DNA of 64,000 bases, taken from assembly GCA_965217095.1 (NCBI GenBank), contig OZ244235.1:5268609-5332608 (forward strand). Direction: 5' to 3'. Under the pieces are notes generated by a model. It saw only the letters and a program-made list of their open reading frames with translations, was not told the origin of the DNA and made no database searches. The stretch comes from Candidatus Latescibacterota bacterium. Lineage in GTDB: Bacteria > Latescibacterota > UBA2968 > UBA8231. Of the stretch, positions 38,277 to 49,310 are shown one piece after another. The first letter of the stretch is position 1. Every line of letters begins with the position of its first letter. Made by a program: the position numbers and the translations under genes.

Positions 38277-39185
38277 TTAGCTGCGAGAGCTTGGCGCAGT
38301 TTTTCCATCCGCCGCCAGTTCCTGTTCGACGAGTTCGACCCAATAAGATGAACCGAGCGTCAGGATTTCGTCGTTGAAATCATAGTCGGCGGAGTGGAGT
38401 GGTCGGGCGTGGACGCCTTGAGTGCCGCTGCCCATGAAGACGAAGCATCCGGGGTGGGCGATGGCCATGTGGGCAAAATCTTCCGAACCGAGGATGGGCG
38501 CGCAGTCGGTGTCTACGTTACCCGGCCCAGCCAGCGCCGTGGCTGCCCGTGCAGCCTTTTCGGTTGGTGCCGGGGCGTTGATGGTGACCTCGAAGACGGT
38601 GTCGTACTTAACCTCTGCGGTGATATCGTGCGCCAGGCAGATGCCTTCAACGATCTGGCGCATCTTTGCTTCGATCTGCGCGTTCACACCAGGCGTCAGC
38701 GCGCGGGCATCGCCGGAGAGTGTTGCGTGGCCCGGCAAAACATTGCGCTGGCCATCCGTGACGAAATCGGTGACCGAGACGACGCCGTTGAGCCCGGGGT
38801 CGAGTTTGCGTGAGACGATGGTTTGCAGTGCGCCGACGATTTCGGCGCCAACAACGATGGCGTCTACGCCATGATGGGGCATGGCGGCATGACCGCCGCG
38901 CGCCGTGATGACGATCTCAAACAGCGCTTCGCTCGCCATCATAGTGCCGGTGCGCATGGCGAATGTGCCGAGTTCCGTACCCGGCATGTTGTGCATCCCG
39001 TAAACTTCGTCGACGGGGAATTTTTCGAACAGGCCATCGGCGATCATCGCGGGACCACCCTTGCCGTGTTCCTCGGCGGGCTGGAAGATAAAGACCGCTT
39101 GACCGTCGAAGTTTCCGGAATCCGCAAGTGTTTTGGCGGCACCGAGCAACATGGTCGTGTGGCCGTCGTGGCCGCAGGCGTGCAT
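38277..39185 (-). pseudogene. M20D amidohydrolase (hippurate-hydrolase / aminoacylase type) lacking its N-terminal ~90 aa
   Basis: The ORF begins exactly at the metal-binding motif MHACGHDGH. The normally preceding domain is absent, and unrelated remnants lie directly upstream. Confidence 0.6.
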
Positions 39186-39189
39186 GATG

Positions 39190-39407
39190 TTTTCGTGTGA
39201 AGACGCGTGCTTGAAGGCTTAGGTCGTTTGAGAGGCGTTTCATGAGGCCTTCGCCATAGGTCGATTTATCCACGTGGGCGAGCAAATGGTGGTGGATGGC
39301 GTCGCCGATCTGCCAGTAGCCGTGGGCGAGACGACGGCCGCGGGCTTGGCTGCTCAGGTCCTTGCCGGAGGCGAAGATCTCGTCGATTCCTTCCAGCAAG
39401 GCGTCAT
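39190..39407 (-). pseudogene. N-terminal remnant (about 70 aa) of a DUF1016 / YhcG-like PDDEXK nuclease gene
   Basis: MTLDTYDALLEGIDEIFASGKDLSSQARGRRLAHGYWQIGDAIHHHLLAHVDKSTYGEGLMKRLSNDLSLQ matches the YWQIG...YG..L.K.LS.DL N-terminal signature of DUF1016 proteins. GGAGAC RBS. No C-terminal nuclease domain follows. Confidence 0.45.
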
Positions 39408-39529
39408 AGGTGTCGAGCGTCATGGGGGTCTCCGGGACGGCTTCGTTAGCTAGTGGGCAACGCGTCGGTGGCGCTGGGCCAATGGTCGAGAAAGGCCTGG
39501 CCGAGGGCACGGCCTCGCTGGAGATGTAC

Positions 39530-39673
39530 GAGCGTCGCACCCCCATGCGGCGGTTGGGCACGTCGCAGGAGATTGCCGAAGCCGTGCTCTATCTGGCCAG
39601 CGACGAAGCTTCCTACATCGTGGGGGAAGTGCTGCGGCTGGGGCGCGTATCAGCTTTTCTGAAGCGCTGCTAG
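39530..39673 (+). pseudogene. C-terminal remnant (about 45 aa) of a short-chain dehydrogenase/reductase gene
   Basis: TPMRRLGTSQEIAEAVLYLASDEASYIVGEVL is the canonical SDR C-terminus. It diverges where it meets the 3' end of the intact convergent SDR gene. Confidence 0.5.
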
Positions 39674-40494
39674 GCCGCGCACAATTGGCTTCCACCGTCC
39701 ACCCGCAGGATCTGCCCGCTAACGAAGCCGGCGAGAGGCGAGGCAAAGAACTGGACAGCAGCCGCAATCTCATCCGGCGTCGCATACCTGAGCAGGGTGG
39801 GTCGACCGCTCGCCTTGAGAAGCTCCGGATCGGGCTGTCGCGTCGCCAGGAACCGGGCGCTTAGTGCTCCGCCGGGAGCCACCATATTGACCGTGATGTT
39901 GTGCTCGCGGAGCTGGGAGGCCATGCAGCGGGTGTAATTGGCCTGGGCCGCTTTCGCCGCTGCGTATATGACGCCGTGCGATCGCCCGATGAATCCTGCA
40001 ACCGAACCGATGTTCACGATCCTCCCTCCGCCTCGATCGATCATTCCGGGCACAACCTCTCTGCAGCAGTCCACCGTCGTGATCAGGTTGCGATCTACGA
40101 TCGACCGAACGTCCTCGGGAGAAATGCCGAATGCATCGTTGGGCTCAGGCTTGCCCCCCTGGGCTGCGATATCGCCGCCTGCATTGTTGACCAGCACGTC
40201 GATCGGCCCCAGATCACTCTCGATCTGGGCAACTGCTGCCCTGACCTGTTCCGGATCTGCCAGATCAGCAAAGACGGTGGTCACCGGATTGCCCAGTGCT
40301 GCAATCTCTTCGGCGACCTGCCGCGTCGAAGTGGCCTCGCCGAACTCCGCGGGCGTTTTGTCCGAGCGGCTGTGCACCACGATCGAAACGCCGCATCTGG
40401 CGAGGCGTTCCGCGATGGCGCGACCGAGGCCTCGGGCTGAGGCGGTTACCCACGCTACTTTACCCTTTAGCAATTCAGCATCGATTCCTTCCAT
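39670..40494 (-). CDS. SDR-family oxidoreductase
   Basis: TASARGLGRAIA glycine-rich motif, NNAG, YAAAKAA catalytic motif and C-terminal ILRVDGG. Confidence 0.8.
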   Translation of the reverse strand: MEGIDAELLKGKVAWVTASARGLGRAIAERLARCGVSIVVHSRSDKTPAEFGEATSTRQVAEEIAALGNPVTTVFADLADPEQVRAAVAQIESDLGPIDVLVNNAGGDIAAQGGKPEPNDAFGISPEDVRSIVDRNLITTVDCCREVVPGMIDRGGGRIVNIGSVAGFIGRSHGVIYAAAKAAQANYTRCMASQLREHNITVNMVAPGGALSARFLATRQPDPELLKASGRPTLLRYATPDEIAAAVQFFASPLAGFVSGQILRVDGGSQLCAA

Positions 40495-40887
40495 CGCTTT
40501 TTCCTTGTCAGCTAAGACGATCTCACTCGGCTCGGAAACAGGTCCGAATCATGTGGAACGAGAAGTGCGAAGCGTTTGCGAGCGGTGATAGCAACGACAG
40601 GAGTGCCATTGAGGTTCTCCGCTCAAGCTATGATATAAAGGTACCCTGCGTGTGAAAAGGAGTCGCCTGAAAGAGCCGCCCAAAGGAGATGTGGAGTATG
40701 AATGCAGACGAAGTGTGGAGATTGGTGTTGCGCATGTGACGGGACTGGAAATGGCGTTAGTTTGACGGGGGTGGTAGGAGTCATGTGGCATTCGTGCCAA
40801 AAGCCGTATCCTCCTCCCTTCAGCTGATCGGGAGACAGGCGGGAATGTGGCCTGGCAATCGACCTCGAAACCAATAAAACCCAACAG

Positions 40888-42558
40888 GTGACCATGCGTT
40901 GGCACTTAGCATCGATCGCGGCGATGTTGCTCGTCGGTTGCGGTGATTCCTCGGGACCGACAAAGTCCCAAACCGAGTCGCCGAACGGATCCGAGCCGAC
41001 ACAGCCGTTGTCGACACCTGGCTCGCGCTACGTCGCGCACCGACTCCTTCAGGTCGGCGCGGAAGCCGACCTAACGGAAGCTGGCCAGGTCTTGGAGGTC
41101 ATCGACTTTTCAAGCGAGGGTAGCCTCGCGTACGACGCCGCCACGGGAGCGATCCGCTGTACGCGGGGCGGCGCCGGTTGCGTGCGTGTAAGGTATCGCG
41201 ACGACGTTACGCAGAACAGTGTGCAGACCCAGTGTTTCGTCTGCATCGACCAGACGGGCGACTGCGGCGGTGCCCCCCGTCTCGCCCTCGACCTGGAGCG
41301 CCTCTTAGAAGGAGGTTTGCCAGGTGACGGCAACTACCTGTCCCAGGGTAAACAGCTCTTTTACGGGCTTTGCCAGCGCGACGACGCCGTAGTATTGCAG
41401 CAATCCGAACGCGCTCTGCCGCCCCTGATGTTGCGGCTCGTGGACGCGTACGCCGTCGAGGGAAACACGACTATCGACGAGGATGAGATAGCGTTGGGCC
41501 GCCAGACCCGGTTGACGACCTACGGGGGCGCAGTCCTGGATTTTTCATGGCTGGCACTGATGGGTGGCGGCGGCGGGAACCTGCGACTCAACGAAGACGG
41601 CACCGTCGTGGTGGACGCTCCGATGTGCGATGCGCCGACCCTAGGAGGCGTCGAGTGCATTAGCGCCCCAGATATCGTGGTCGCCGGCGACATATTGAGC
41701 ATTTCGCCGCAGTTCCCCTCCGAAGAGACCATCGACGATCTGCTGGCGCCGGCCAACAACGACCTTCTCGACGCTTTTGTCTCCGCCTATCGGATCGCCT
41801 CGTGGGATACCACCGCCGCCCTGGCTGATCCCGGCTCCCGGCGCAATGTCGTGCAGCGCTTGACCAACATGGCGGTGATGGACTTCTACCTGCGTTTTTT
41901 CGACGGCGCATATGGCCTCCGCAACAAGGGTGTCCGCGTTGCGATGCGGCCTCCCTTTACGAGCGTGCTCGGCAACGTCTGTTTACCGGAAGACGTGGCA
42001 GTTTGCGCGACGGTCGAAGCGGAGCTGGTCGCCGCCGAGGCCCGGGTCGCAGCAGGTTGGCGCAATCAGGGGTTCGATATCTGGGTGATGTATTTCCTGC
42101 GCCACGACGAGATGGGTGCCTATCTGCCCATGGCTGACCTGGCGCCCTCATTTTCCGCCTTCAACGGCGTCGTCTTCGACGTCAACACAAACGCCAACCC
42201 GCCGGGTAGCCCCACGACGATTGCGGCGGGATTGACCAACGCCGTTCGAGGAGCATCCGAGGAAGTCGGCTCGCTCCCGGTAATCTTCAGCCCCTGGGCC
42301 GGTCAGATGAGCTTCTACACCGAAGGCGAAATCTGCACCTCGGCTTTCGGGGACTATTTCACGATCAACGAGGCGCTGTTCGACGCGGCTCTGACCCATT
42401 TTCCGTTCGACCAGATAAAAGCCTTTGTCATCCCGCTTGTAGACGGGTCCCATTTCGATATCCGCGACCCCCATGAGCTGGTGACGGGCATGGGCTTGAA
42501 CCGGGTCGGGGAGACCGGTTTCAACAACCCCTTGCTCAATATCTATTTGAGCCAGTAA
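40888..42558 (+). CDS. lipoprotein of unknown function
   Basis: Signal peptide plus lipobox MLLVGC. 556 aa. No recognised domain. Confidence 0.55.
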   Translation: MTMRWHLASIAAMLLVGCGDSSGPTKSQTESPNGSEPTQPLSTPGSRYVAHRLLQVGAEADLTEAGQVLEVIDFSSEGSLAYDAATGAIRCTRGGAGCVRVRYRDDVTQNSVQTQCFVCIDQTGDCGGAPRLALDLERLLEGGLPGDGNYLSQGKQLFYGLCQRDDAVVLQQSERALPPLMLRLVDAYAVEGNTTIDEDEIALGRQTRLTTYGGAVLDFSWLALMGGGGGNLRLNEDGTVVVDAPMCDAPTLGGVECISAPDIVVAGDILSISPQFPSEETIDDLLAPANNDLLDAFVSAYRIASWDTTAALADPGSRRNVVQRLTNMAVMDFYLRFFDGAYGLRNKGVRVAMRPPFTSVLGNVCLPEDVAVCATVEAELVAAEARVAAGWRNQGFDIWVMYFLRHDEMGAYLPMADLAPSFSAFNGVVFDVNTNANPPGSPTTIAAGLTNAVRGASEEVGSLPVIFSPWAGQMSFYTEGEICTSAFGDYFTINEALFDAALTHFPFDQIKAFVIPLVDGSHFDIRDPHELVTGMGLNRVGETGFNNPLLNIYLSQ

Positions 42559-42612
42559 CGGAGGAGGTCGGTGTCGGATCGGATGCACCAATTGCCCATC
42601 TGAAAACTACGC

Positions 42613-43606
42613 ATGAGAACGCGATCTCTTGGAAAAACAGGAGTCGCCGTCAGCGAGCTTGGTCTCGGGACGTGTTTCATGGCACTCCAAGGCCAGCAGG
42701 GCGTGAACGAATGCGTCGCTCGCGCGGTCGATCGGGGGATCAGCTACTTCGATACGGCAGCGGATTACGGCGACGACGAATCGATGCTGGGGGAAGCTTT
42801 GAGTGGACGTCGCGACGGCGTCTTCCTGGCGACGAAGGTAGGCGGCGTGGAGGCCCCGGACGGGCACAGAAGAGCGTCGTCCCTGATGCGGCTAGTTCGA
42901 GCGAGGTCTGAGCCGGCTCCAGACCGATAGAGTGGACCTGATCCAACTGCACGAGGCGGAACAACGGAAGTGGTGGTCCGACGATCCTGTCACGGAGCAA
43001 ATCGCCAAGACTCATTCGGGACCACTCATTCAGGATGAGGAAGATTACGATTTCGCCGATTCGCCTTGTCTCACGTTCCTCAAGCAGGCGAGGGAGCAGG
43101 GCAAGGCACGCTTCATCGGCATCACCGGGAAGGATGCACGGCGCCTCACGCGACTTGTCGAAGCCCTCGAGATCGACTCGATGATGGTCGCGCACCAATA
43201 CAATGCGATTCTGAGAAGCGCACCGCGATACCTGCTCCCACTGACGGAGTCGAAGGGGGTCGGTGTTGCGGGTGGCGCGATGTTCATCAAGGGATGGCTC
43301 GCTGCGCCCAGGACGGAGTGGCGCGATCAGGCTCCCGACTGGATGAACGACGAATTCCATCGTGCCTATTTCGGCTACCTCGACGTTCAGGTGTCATCCG
43401 GTATCCCGCTGCCGGAGCTCACGCTACGATGGCTCCTGCCCGAGGAGCGCATCCATAGCATCGTGACGGGATTCAAGGAGTGGCGTGAGATCGAGTCGAA
43501 TATCGAGGCGATCGAGCGCGGACCTTTGCCGGAGGAACTGCGGTCGGCAATCGACGCGCTGGGGATTGTCCAGCCGCTCTACTATCAAGGTAGATCGGAA
43601 ATGTAG
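42613..43606 (+). pseudogene. aldo/keto reductase with a single-nt frameshift near 42893
   Basis: ORF 42613..42930 carries the AKR N-terminus (LGKTGVAVSELGLGT...FDTAADYG...ATKVG). ORF 42932..43606 in the +1 frame continues with ...SRLQTDRVDLIQLHE..., so it is a split gene. Confidence 0.6.
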
Positions 43607-43754
43607 AAGGCCTATCTATGCGCAGTCCACCTTGAGACGATACGAGTACCGGGTCATCACCTTGTGGTCGGAGGACGGCCCGTTGATATCAGCGATCGAA
43701 TGGCTTCTCGCGATAGTCACCTTATGCGGCATGTCCCGATCATTCGCCGCCTGC

Positions 43755-44123
43755 TTATTCTGCCATCACGGTCTGTCTGTCCGCGGAGGAGAATGCGATG
43801 AACATCAGAGCTTCCTCCGTAGCGGACAGATTGCGGGCCTGATGCGGCGCTCCGACAGGGATGTTGACCGTATCGTCGGCTCTGAGCTCCACCTCCGCAT
43901 CGGCGTCGAGCGTGTGGGCGACCGAGCCCGCGATCACGACCAGTACCTCCGAGCAATTGGGATGGAAGTGCCTGGGATTGCTCTGACCCGGTTTCAGCAG
44001 ACATCGCCCAACCGTAATATCCTCTGAATTGCCCAGCTGCGCGCTGGCGTGCCAGCGCAGTTCACCCCAGTCTGCATCGACCACTTCGCATTCACTGGAG
44101 CGCAGTACGGAAATCTCTGCCAT
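43755..44123 (-). CDS. cupin-domain protein
   Basis: Start MAEISVL after a perfect AAGGAGG. Cupin motifs GQSNPRHFHPNCSEVLVVIAG and NIPVGAPHQARN. Confidence 0.65.
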   Translation of the reverse strand: MAEISVLRSSECEVVDADWGELRWHASAQLGNSEDITVGRCLLKPGQSNPRHFHPNCSEVLVVIAGSVAHTLDADAEVELRADDTVNIPVGAPHQARNLSATEEALMFIAFSSADRQTVMAE

Positions 44124-44404
44124 CTCTATGCCACCTCCTTGCGCGACTGCATCGTGAACGTAGTATATGTCGCCGCTCGATTCCCGAGAAGATAATCTGC
44201 TGGGAAGAGCCATCCTTGACCAAGAGCCCACCCCCATATCACATTCTCAAGGCAACTCCAATCCGGCCTGCGCTGTCCTTCCCTTTACGATAAACGTGAT
44301 CCACGGGTCACGCATCGGCCTCAGCTCGTGCACGCCGGCCGCCCTCAAAGAGAATCGAGTCTGAGTTTGATTTGGGAAATACCCGTTAAATTGCAAGAGG
44401 ACCA

Positions 44405-45169
44405 ATGATGACCTCTTACACGGCAGTGTTTTTCGATGCGGGGGGCACCCTATGGTACGCTAGGAAAACGGTTGTGGAAGTGTGGCATGAAGTGCTCGCT
44501 GCCCAGGGCATGGAGATATCCATAGAGCAGATCGACGATGCTTGGCAGACGATGCAACCAATGCGGCAAGGCCAAGTGGATGCCTTTGAGACTTCAGGTA
44601 CACCCACGAGCTTGGCTGGGGTTCAAGAGTACCTGGACCAATTCAATAGTAAGTTCCTGGGTGAGCTGAAGATTATGGATGAGGACGCCACCCTGGTAGG
44701 TCGGGTTCACCGCGGATTTGAGAATAATCGATTCTTGTATCCTGAGACAGCGGACGTGCTCAAGGAGTTGCAGGGCAAGGGATACCGCTTGGCTATCGTC
44801 TCCAACGGATACGAGCAGGAACAGACCGCTGCAAACCTAGGCATCGCCTCGTACTTTGATACCATCATCGGCTCGTTCTACGTGGGTTTCAGGAAGCCCA
44901 TGCCGGAGATTTACCACATGGCCCTCGATCGGCTGGGCATTGGCCCGGAGCAGGCCATCATGGTGGGCGACCACTGGGGAGCCGATGTTGAGGGGCCGGA
45001 AAGGGTGGGAATCAAAGGCGTTCATCTTCACCAAAGCCGTCTTGGCGTTCATCTCGACCGTGGCTACCCGACTCCCGGCCCAGAGGCCATTAAAGACCTC
45101 TGGGGCATTGTCCGGTTGGTCAACGAAGATGGCTCTGGGGTCGCTCGAGGAACGCCAAACTCAGGCTGA
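44405..45169 (+). CDS. HAD-family hydrolase (subfamily IA)
   Basis: VFFDAGGTL motif I, SNG and VGD motifs. Confidence 0.75.
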   Translation: MMTSYTAVFFDAGGTLWYARKTVVEVWHEVLAAQGMEISIEQIDDAWQTMQPMRQGQVDAFETSGTPTSLAGVQEYLDQFNSKFLGELKIMDEDATLVGRVHRGFENNRFLYPETADVLKELQGKGYRLAIVSNGYEQEQTAANLGIASYFDTIIGSFYVGFRKPMPEIYHMALDRLGIGPEQAIMVGDHWGADVEGPERVGIKGVHLHQSRLGVHLDRGYPTPGPEAIKDLWGIVRLVNEDGSGVARGTPNSG

Positions 45170-45210
45170 AGCTTGGGATGTCATGAGTATCTAAATGCTG
45201 GAGGAGTACG

Positions 45211-46122
45211 ATGGAAATCAGTTCAGCACCTGACTCACTAGCGCGATGGACGTCTCAAGAGGTCCAGGAACGGCTGGGTATCTCAACCCATGCCTTCAAA
45301 ACCCGGCCCATCGGGGCCAGGGAGATCGCCGCTGTTCGAGAAGCGGGAATCACTCGGATTGAGATTGATGGACTTTCCGGCACCAATACCCCAACCCCAG
45401 CCTTTGACTTCCACAACCGCTCCCAGGCATCGGAGATCCTGGCAGAATGTCAGAAACAGGGCGTTTCAATTGTATCGGTTCATGCCGCCGGTGGACAGTC
45501 TCCTGGGCATGGGCCGGGTTGTCCCATCTATGATTCACAGGACGAAGGGGAGAGGAAGGCAGCGGTAAGCCAAGCCGTCCTATATGCAAAGGTGGCGGAG
45601 GACTTGGGAGCTTCTGTTCTCGTGGGACACTTCTTTGGAGTCGCCGAGCAGTGTGAGAAAACCGTGAGCGAGATACTTGAGCAACTGCACGACTCGTCTG
45701 TGAAGCTTACCGTAGAGAATGGACTCGGCGATCTCCGCGACTTCATGGCAATTGTGGACAAGGCAGGTTCGGAGCGCTTCGGAATGGTTGTTGACACTGG
45801 GCATGCAAGGGACAGTGATGGTGTCAACCCGTTCACCAAGAAAGAGAATGCCCGCGAGACGATGGCGCAATGCGGCGAGCGTCTCTTCCATCTCCATTTG
45901 AATGACTTCACAAACGGGGACCATATAGCGCCTTTCGATGGCAACGTCCATTGGGGAGATGTTTTCGCTGCCCTCAAGGATATCGACTATAAGGGTACGT
46001 TCATGTTCGAGCCGGGCCCTTTCCGAAAAAAATACATAAATGGAGACGTTTCTCCGGAGGAGCTGTTGCGCAAGGTCGCCCTGTTTCCCAAGACCTATGC
46101 CGAGCGTTATGGGACCGGATGA
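45211..46122 (+). CDS. sugar phosphate isomerase/epimerase (xylose-isomerase-like TIM barrel)
   Basis: TIM-barrel AP-endonuclease-2 / xylose-isomerase-like pattern (ENGLGD, DTGHA, HLHLND). Confidence 0.7.
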   Translation: MEISSAPDSLARWTSQEVQERLGISTHAFKTRPIGAREIAAVREAGITRIEIDGLSGTNTPTPAFDFHNRSQASEILAECQKQGVSIVSVHAAGGQSPGHGPGCPIYDSQDEGERKAAVSQAVLYAKVAEDLGASVLVGHFFGVAEQCEKTVSEILEQLHDSSVKLTVENGLGDLRDFMAIVDKAGSERFGMVVDTGHARDSDGVNPFTKKENARETMAQCGERLFHLHLNDFTNGDHIAPFDGNVHWGDVFAALKDIDYKGTFMFEPGPFRKKYINGDVSPEELLRKVALFPKTYAERYGTG

Positions 46123-46191
46123 TAAGACTCGTCGTACTCAGCCTGTGCTGGTTCAGTCTCGGGTTGGAGACGTTGGTTTCCATGAATTCCC

Positions 46192-46986
46192 CTATCCGAC
46201 AAGGGCGTCGCGGAGGGAGTCGATCTCAGCCTGGCTCACGCCGCAGTGTTGCGCATAACCCTCGACGCCGCCGTGGCGCTCGTCCAGGTCCCGGAGAACG
46301 CCGAGCATCACGGCGGGATTGCAGGTATCACGCTGGTGGTCCTGCCAGGTGTAGTTGGTGGGGTCGATCTCCGGATGAGCCTCGAGGTAGCGAGGCAGGT
46401 GGCAACGAGCGGTGAGGGCGTAATCCTGCGCGATGGTCTCGGCAGGTACTCTAGCGATCCCGAGGACGAGGGCGGCGATCATACCTGTCCTGTCGGCGCC
46501 GCCGGCGCAGTGGATTAGCGCGGGAAACGAGTCGGGGGACGCCAGCGTGCGCAGGGTGTCGCGCACTGCAGACGCTCGCTTGTCGAGCACGACCGAGTAT
46601 CCCCAGCGCTTCCTTTCGACGTATTCATGCCCTTCAGGAAGGTCCTCCCATTCGGGGTAACCATTCCCGGGCGATGAACTTATCCATTCGGCCGGTATCA
46701 TATCCCCGGTCAGGCTCTGATGGTAGTAGGTCACCTTGTCCGAACCGAAGAAGACGTTGAGTGTGTCCTGTATCTCTACGCTCTTTCTCAGGTCGATGAT
46801 GGCCCGGACGCCGTAATCCAGGAGATCCTGCTGGTCTTTGGCTGACAGTTTATGTAGAGAATCGGAGCGCAGGAATTGTCCCCAGCGCGTCTGCCGCCCG
46901 TCCGAGGTGGCGTATCCACCGACATCCCTAGTGTTATAAGTGCCTTCGAGCTTCAGATGCCTTCTCGGGTCCAGTTCTGCGGTCAT
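46192..46986 (-). CDS. tyrosine-protein phosphatase (CX5R family)
   Basis: HCAGGADRTG P-loop. Start MTAELDP after AAGGGGAGG; the track ORF extends to 47103. Paralogue at 52800. Confidence 0.7.
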   Translation of the reverse strand: MTAELDPRRHLKLEGTYNTRDVGGYATSDGRQTRWGQFLRSDSLHKLSAKDQQDLLDYGVRAIIDLRKSVEIQDTLNVFFGSDKVTYYHQSLTGDMIPAEWISSSPGNGYPEWEDLPEGHEYVERKRWGYSVVLDKRASAVRDTLRTLASPDSFPALIHCAGGADRTGMIAALVLGIARVPAETIAQDYALTARCHLPRYLEAHPEIDPTNYTWQDHQRDTCNPAVMLGVLRDLDERHGGVEGYAQHCGVSQAEIDSLRDALVG

Positions 46987-47099
46987 ATCACAATCCTCCC
47001 CTTCTAGCTGCGGGCGTGAGTAGGTCAGATCCCAACGCTTGGGCCTGATCCTGGGCACGGCGGGATACGCGAATGGTCCTGCCGTCAAAAGGCGACGCG

Positions 47100-48287
47100 T
47101 CACCAGCCCTTCCAGCTACCGTCAGCATGGCGGTACTGACGGTAAGCCATGGGCTCGTGGGGTATGGCGGCGATGTCAGCTTCCTTCACCTCGAGGCCCA
47201 GACCGGGTGCGTCGGTGACGTTGATATAACCATCGGCAATGCGCCAGTCATGCTCCGCGTACTTGTCGAGGTTGGCGACGTAGGGCGGGCACAATTCCTG
47301 GATCAGAAAATTCGGCGTCGCCGCGTCCGCGTGCAGAGTTGCCGCCATGCCAATGGGACCAGAGATGTTGTGTGGCGCCATGAGCATCTGCTGGTGGTTG
47401 GCCCGCTTGGCGATCTCGCGCAGGGTGGTAATGCCGTGGCAATGGGCTATGTCCGGCTGCAAGAACGCGCAAGCTCTGTTCAGGATCAATGGCTCGAAAT
47501 CCGCCACGGTGAATAGCTTTTCGCCGGTGGCGACCGGAACGGGACTACGTCGGGACACCTCCATCAGCGCTTCCACTGAGCCGGGTTTGGTTGGCTCTTC
47601 GAGGAACAGAGGCGAGTAGGGCGCCACGCGGCGCGCGAATTCCAGACTGAGCTCGGGGATTGGGCTTCCGTGAGTGTCCAGCAATATGGCGATGTCGGGG
47701 CCGATCGCCTCGCGGACGGCGGCGATAGACTCGAGACTGCGCTCGATGGCCGCTATATCCATGGGGTCGCGCCGCGACTCGAGGGGGTTGCCCTTGATGC
47801 CGGCATACCCGTTGGCCATGTGACGCTTCGCCGCCGTCACGGCCTCTTCAGGCGAACCCTCCACGAGTCCGCCGCTGGCATAGACCCGAATGCGATCGCG
47901 CCGCTTGCCGCCGAGAATCGCGTGTACCGGCACGCCCCAGGCCTTTCCCGTGATATCGTAAAGCGCCATGTTGATCGCCGCGACCGCGGTGCCCATGAGG
48001 GGACCGCCGCGGAGGGGCGAACGCTCGCAGACTTCATCGGTCAGAGCCTCAACCCCAGTTGGGTCCCGGTCCCGAAGCATCGTAAATAGTCGGCCCAGCG
48101 TCACCTCGACCTGTTCTACCATCCAGCCGCTGCCCTCACCCCAGCCAACGATGCCGGCGTCGGTTTCCAGCTTGAGAAAGAGCCAGCTCTTGTGGGTGCT
48201 GCAGATCAGCTCGCCGGTGCCAGGGTCGCGAATCTCCTGGCCGGTGGGCACAGAGAATACATAGGTTTTGTAGGATGTGATTTTCAT
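47100..48287 (-). CDS. enolase-superfamily (mandelate racemase / muconate lactonising enzyme family) sugar-acid dehydratase
   Basis: Start MKITSYKTYVF; the track ORF extends to 48443. MR/MLE N- and C-domain signatures with the metal-ligand pattern. Confidence 0.7.
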   Translation of the reverse strand: MKITSYKTYVFSVPTGQEIRDPGTGELICSTHKSWLFLKLETDAGIVGWGEGSGWMVEQVEVTLGRLFTMLRDRDPTGVEALTDEVCERSPLRGGPLMGTAVAAINMALYDITGKAWGVPVHAILGGKRRDRIRVYASGGLVEGSPEEAVTAAKRHMANGYAGIKGNPLESRRDPMDIAAIERSLESIAAVREAIGPDIAILLDTHGSPIPELSLEFARRVAPYSPLFLEEPTKPGSVEALMEVSRRSPVPVATGEKLFTVADFEPLILNRACAFLQPDIAHCHGITTLREIAKRANHQQMLMAPHNISGPIGMAATLHADAATPNFLIQELCPPYVANLDKYAEHDWRIADGYINVTDAPGLGLEVKEADIAAIPHEPMAYRQYRHADGSWKGW

Positions 48288-48449
48288 GATTGGCCTGCAG
48301 GTTGAGTGTGAGCTCCGAACGCTGGGTGGCAATGAATCCGCGCTTCGCAACCGAACGTGGGCGCTGTGGGTTCGCCGCCACAGCGCGATCGGCGACCCGG
48401 ACGGTGCGGCTTTTCTCCTTCTACCTGTTATTCCCCATATCAAAACCAG

Positions 48450-49310
48450 TCAATCCCAGCTAGCCGCCACCGCGCGCGTCTGACGCGCCAGTTCGTCCTG
48501 GGTCTCGCCATTTCGTCCGTTGATGACTTCGAACGTCCACACACCGGGATACTCGATGCGCCGCAGCGCAGCACAAATACCCGGCCAATCCAGACCGCCG
48601 TGCGTTGGAACCCAATGGTTGTCACTGGGTTCTTCGGCGTCGACATCTTGAAGGTGTGTGCCCCACAACCGAGCACCGGCTGCCTCGATCTCTGCGACAG
48701 GGTCGTGCCGATCGGTCCACGCATGACCAGTGTCGATGATGAGCGCCACACATTCGGGTGGAAATGGCTCCACGAACGTGCTTAGTTCGCGCATTGAAAT
48801 GAGTGGATAGTCGCTGCCTGTCGCCGCTTTGACCTCGTGGTTGTAAGGCAGGTTTTCCAGCAACATGCGAACGCCTGCCTCGGCGGCGACGGGAACCAGC
48901 TCTTCCACGGACTGAGTCATCGATTCCACCATCACCGGGCACAGTGACATGAGCGGCCGATCCTGAGGAAGAAACATCGGGTTCGGTATCCCATGTATCA
49001 CCATCCCCTGCGCACCGAGTTCGCCCGTGAAACGAAGATAGCTTGCGAGTACCGCCACTTTTTCTTTCCGCCAGGATTCGGTAGACGCACCCAGTACGTT
49101 TCGTCGCGCTGGCCCGTGCACCGTCGTCGGCACGAGACCACACTCTTCGATCTGTCGGCGAAACTCCGTCGCCTCGCCTGGCGAGGACGGTTCGTCAACA
49201 TGCGCCATAGACAACTCCACGCCATCAAACCCCGCTTCCGCGATGGCATCGAGTGCTGCGGTAAGTTCACGATCGGCGAAACAGCTCGTACTAAGACTGA
49301 TGATCGGCAT
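48450..49310 (-). CDS. sugar phosphate isomerase/epimerase (xylose-isomerase-like TIM barrel)
   Basis: Start MPIISL. Motifs MLLENLP and IDTGHA. Confidence 0.7.
   Translation of the reverse strand: MPIISLSTSCFADRELTAALDAIAEAGFDGVELSMAHVDEPSSPGEATEFRRQIEECGLVPTTVHGPARRNVLGASTESWRKEKVAVLASYLRFTGELGAQGMVIHGIPNPMFLPQDRPLMSLCPVMVESMTQSVEELVPVAAEAGVRMLLENLPYNHEVKAATGSDYPLISMRELSTFVEPFPPECVALIIDTGHAWTDRHDPVAEIEAAGARLWGTHLQDVDAEEPSDNHWVPTHGGLDWPGICAALRRIEYPGVWTFEVINGRNGETQDELARQTRAVAASWD

Noticed and set aside
39410-39529. N-terminal part of track ORF 39410..39673
   Set aside because: Only the last ~45 codons look like an SDR. The upstream part is antisense to the DUF1016 remnant and is not SDR-like, so I did not call the whole ORF.
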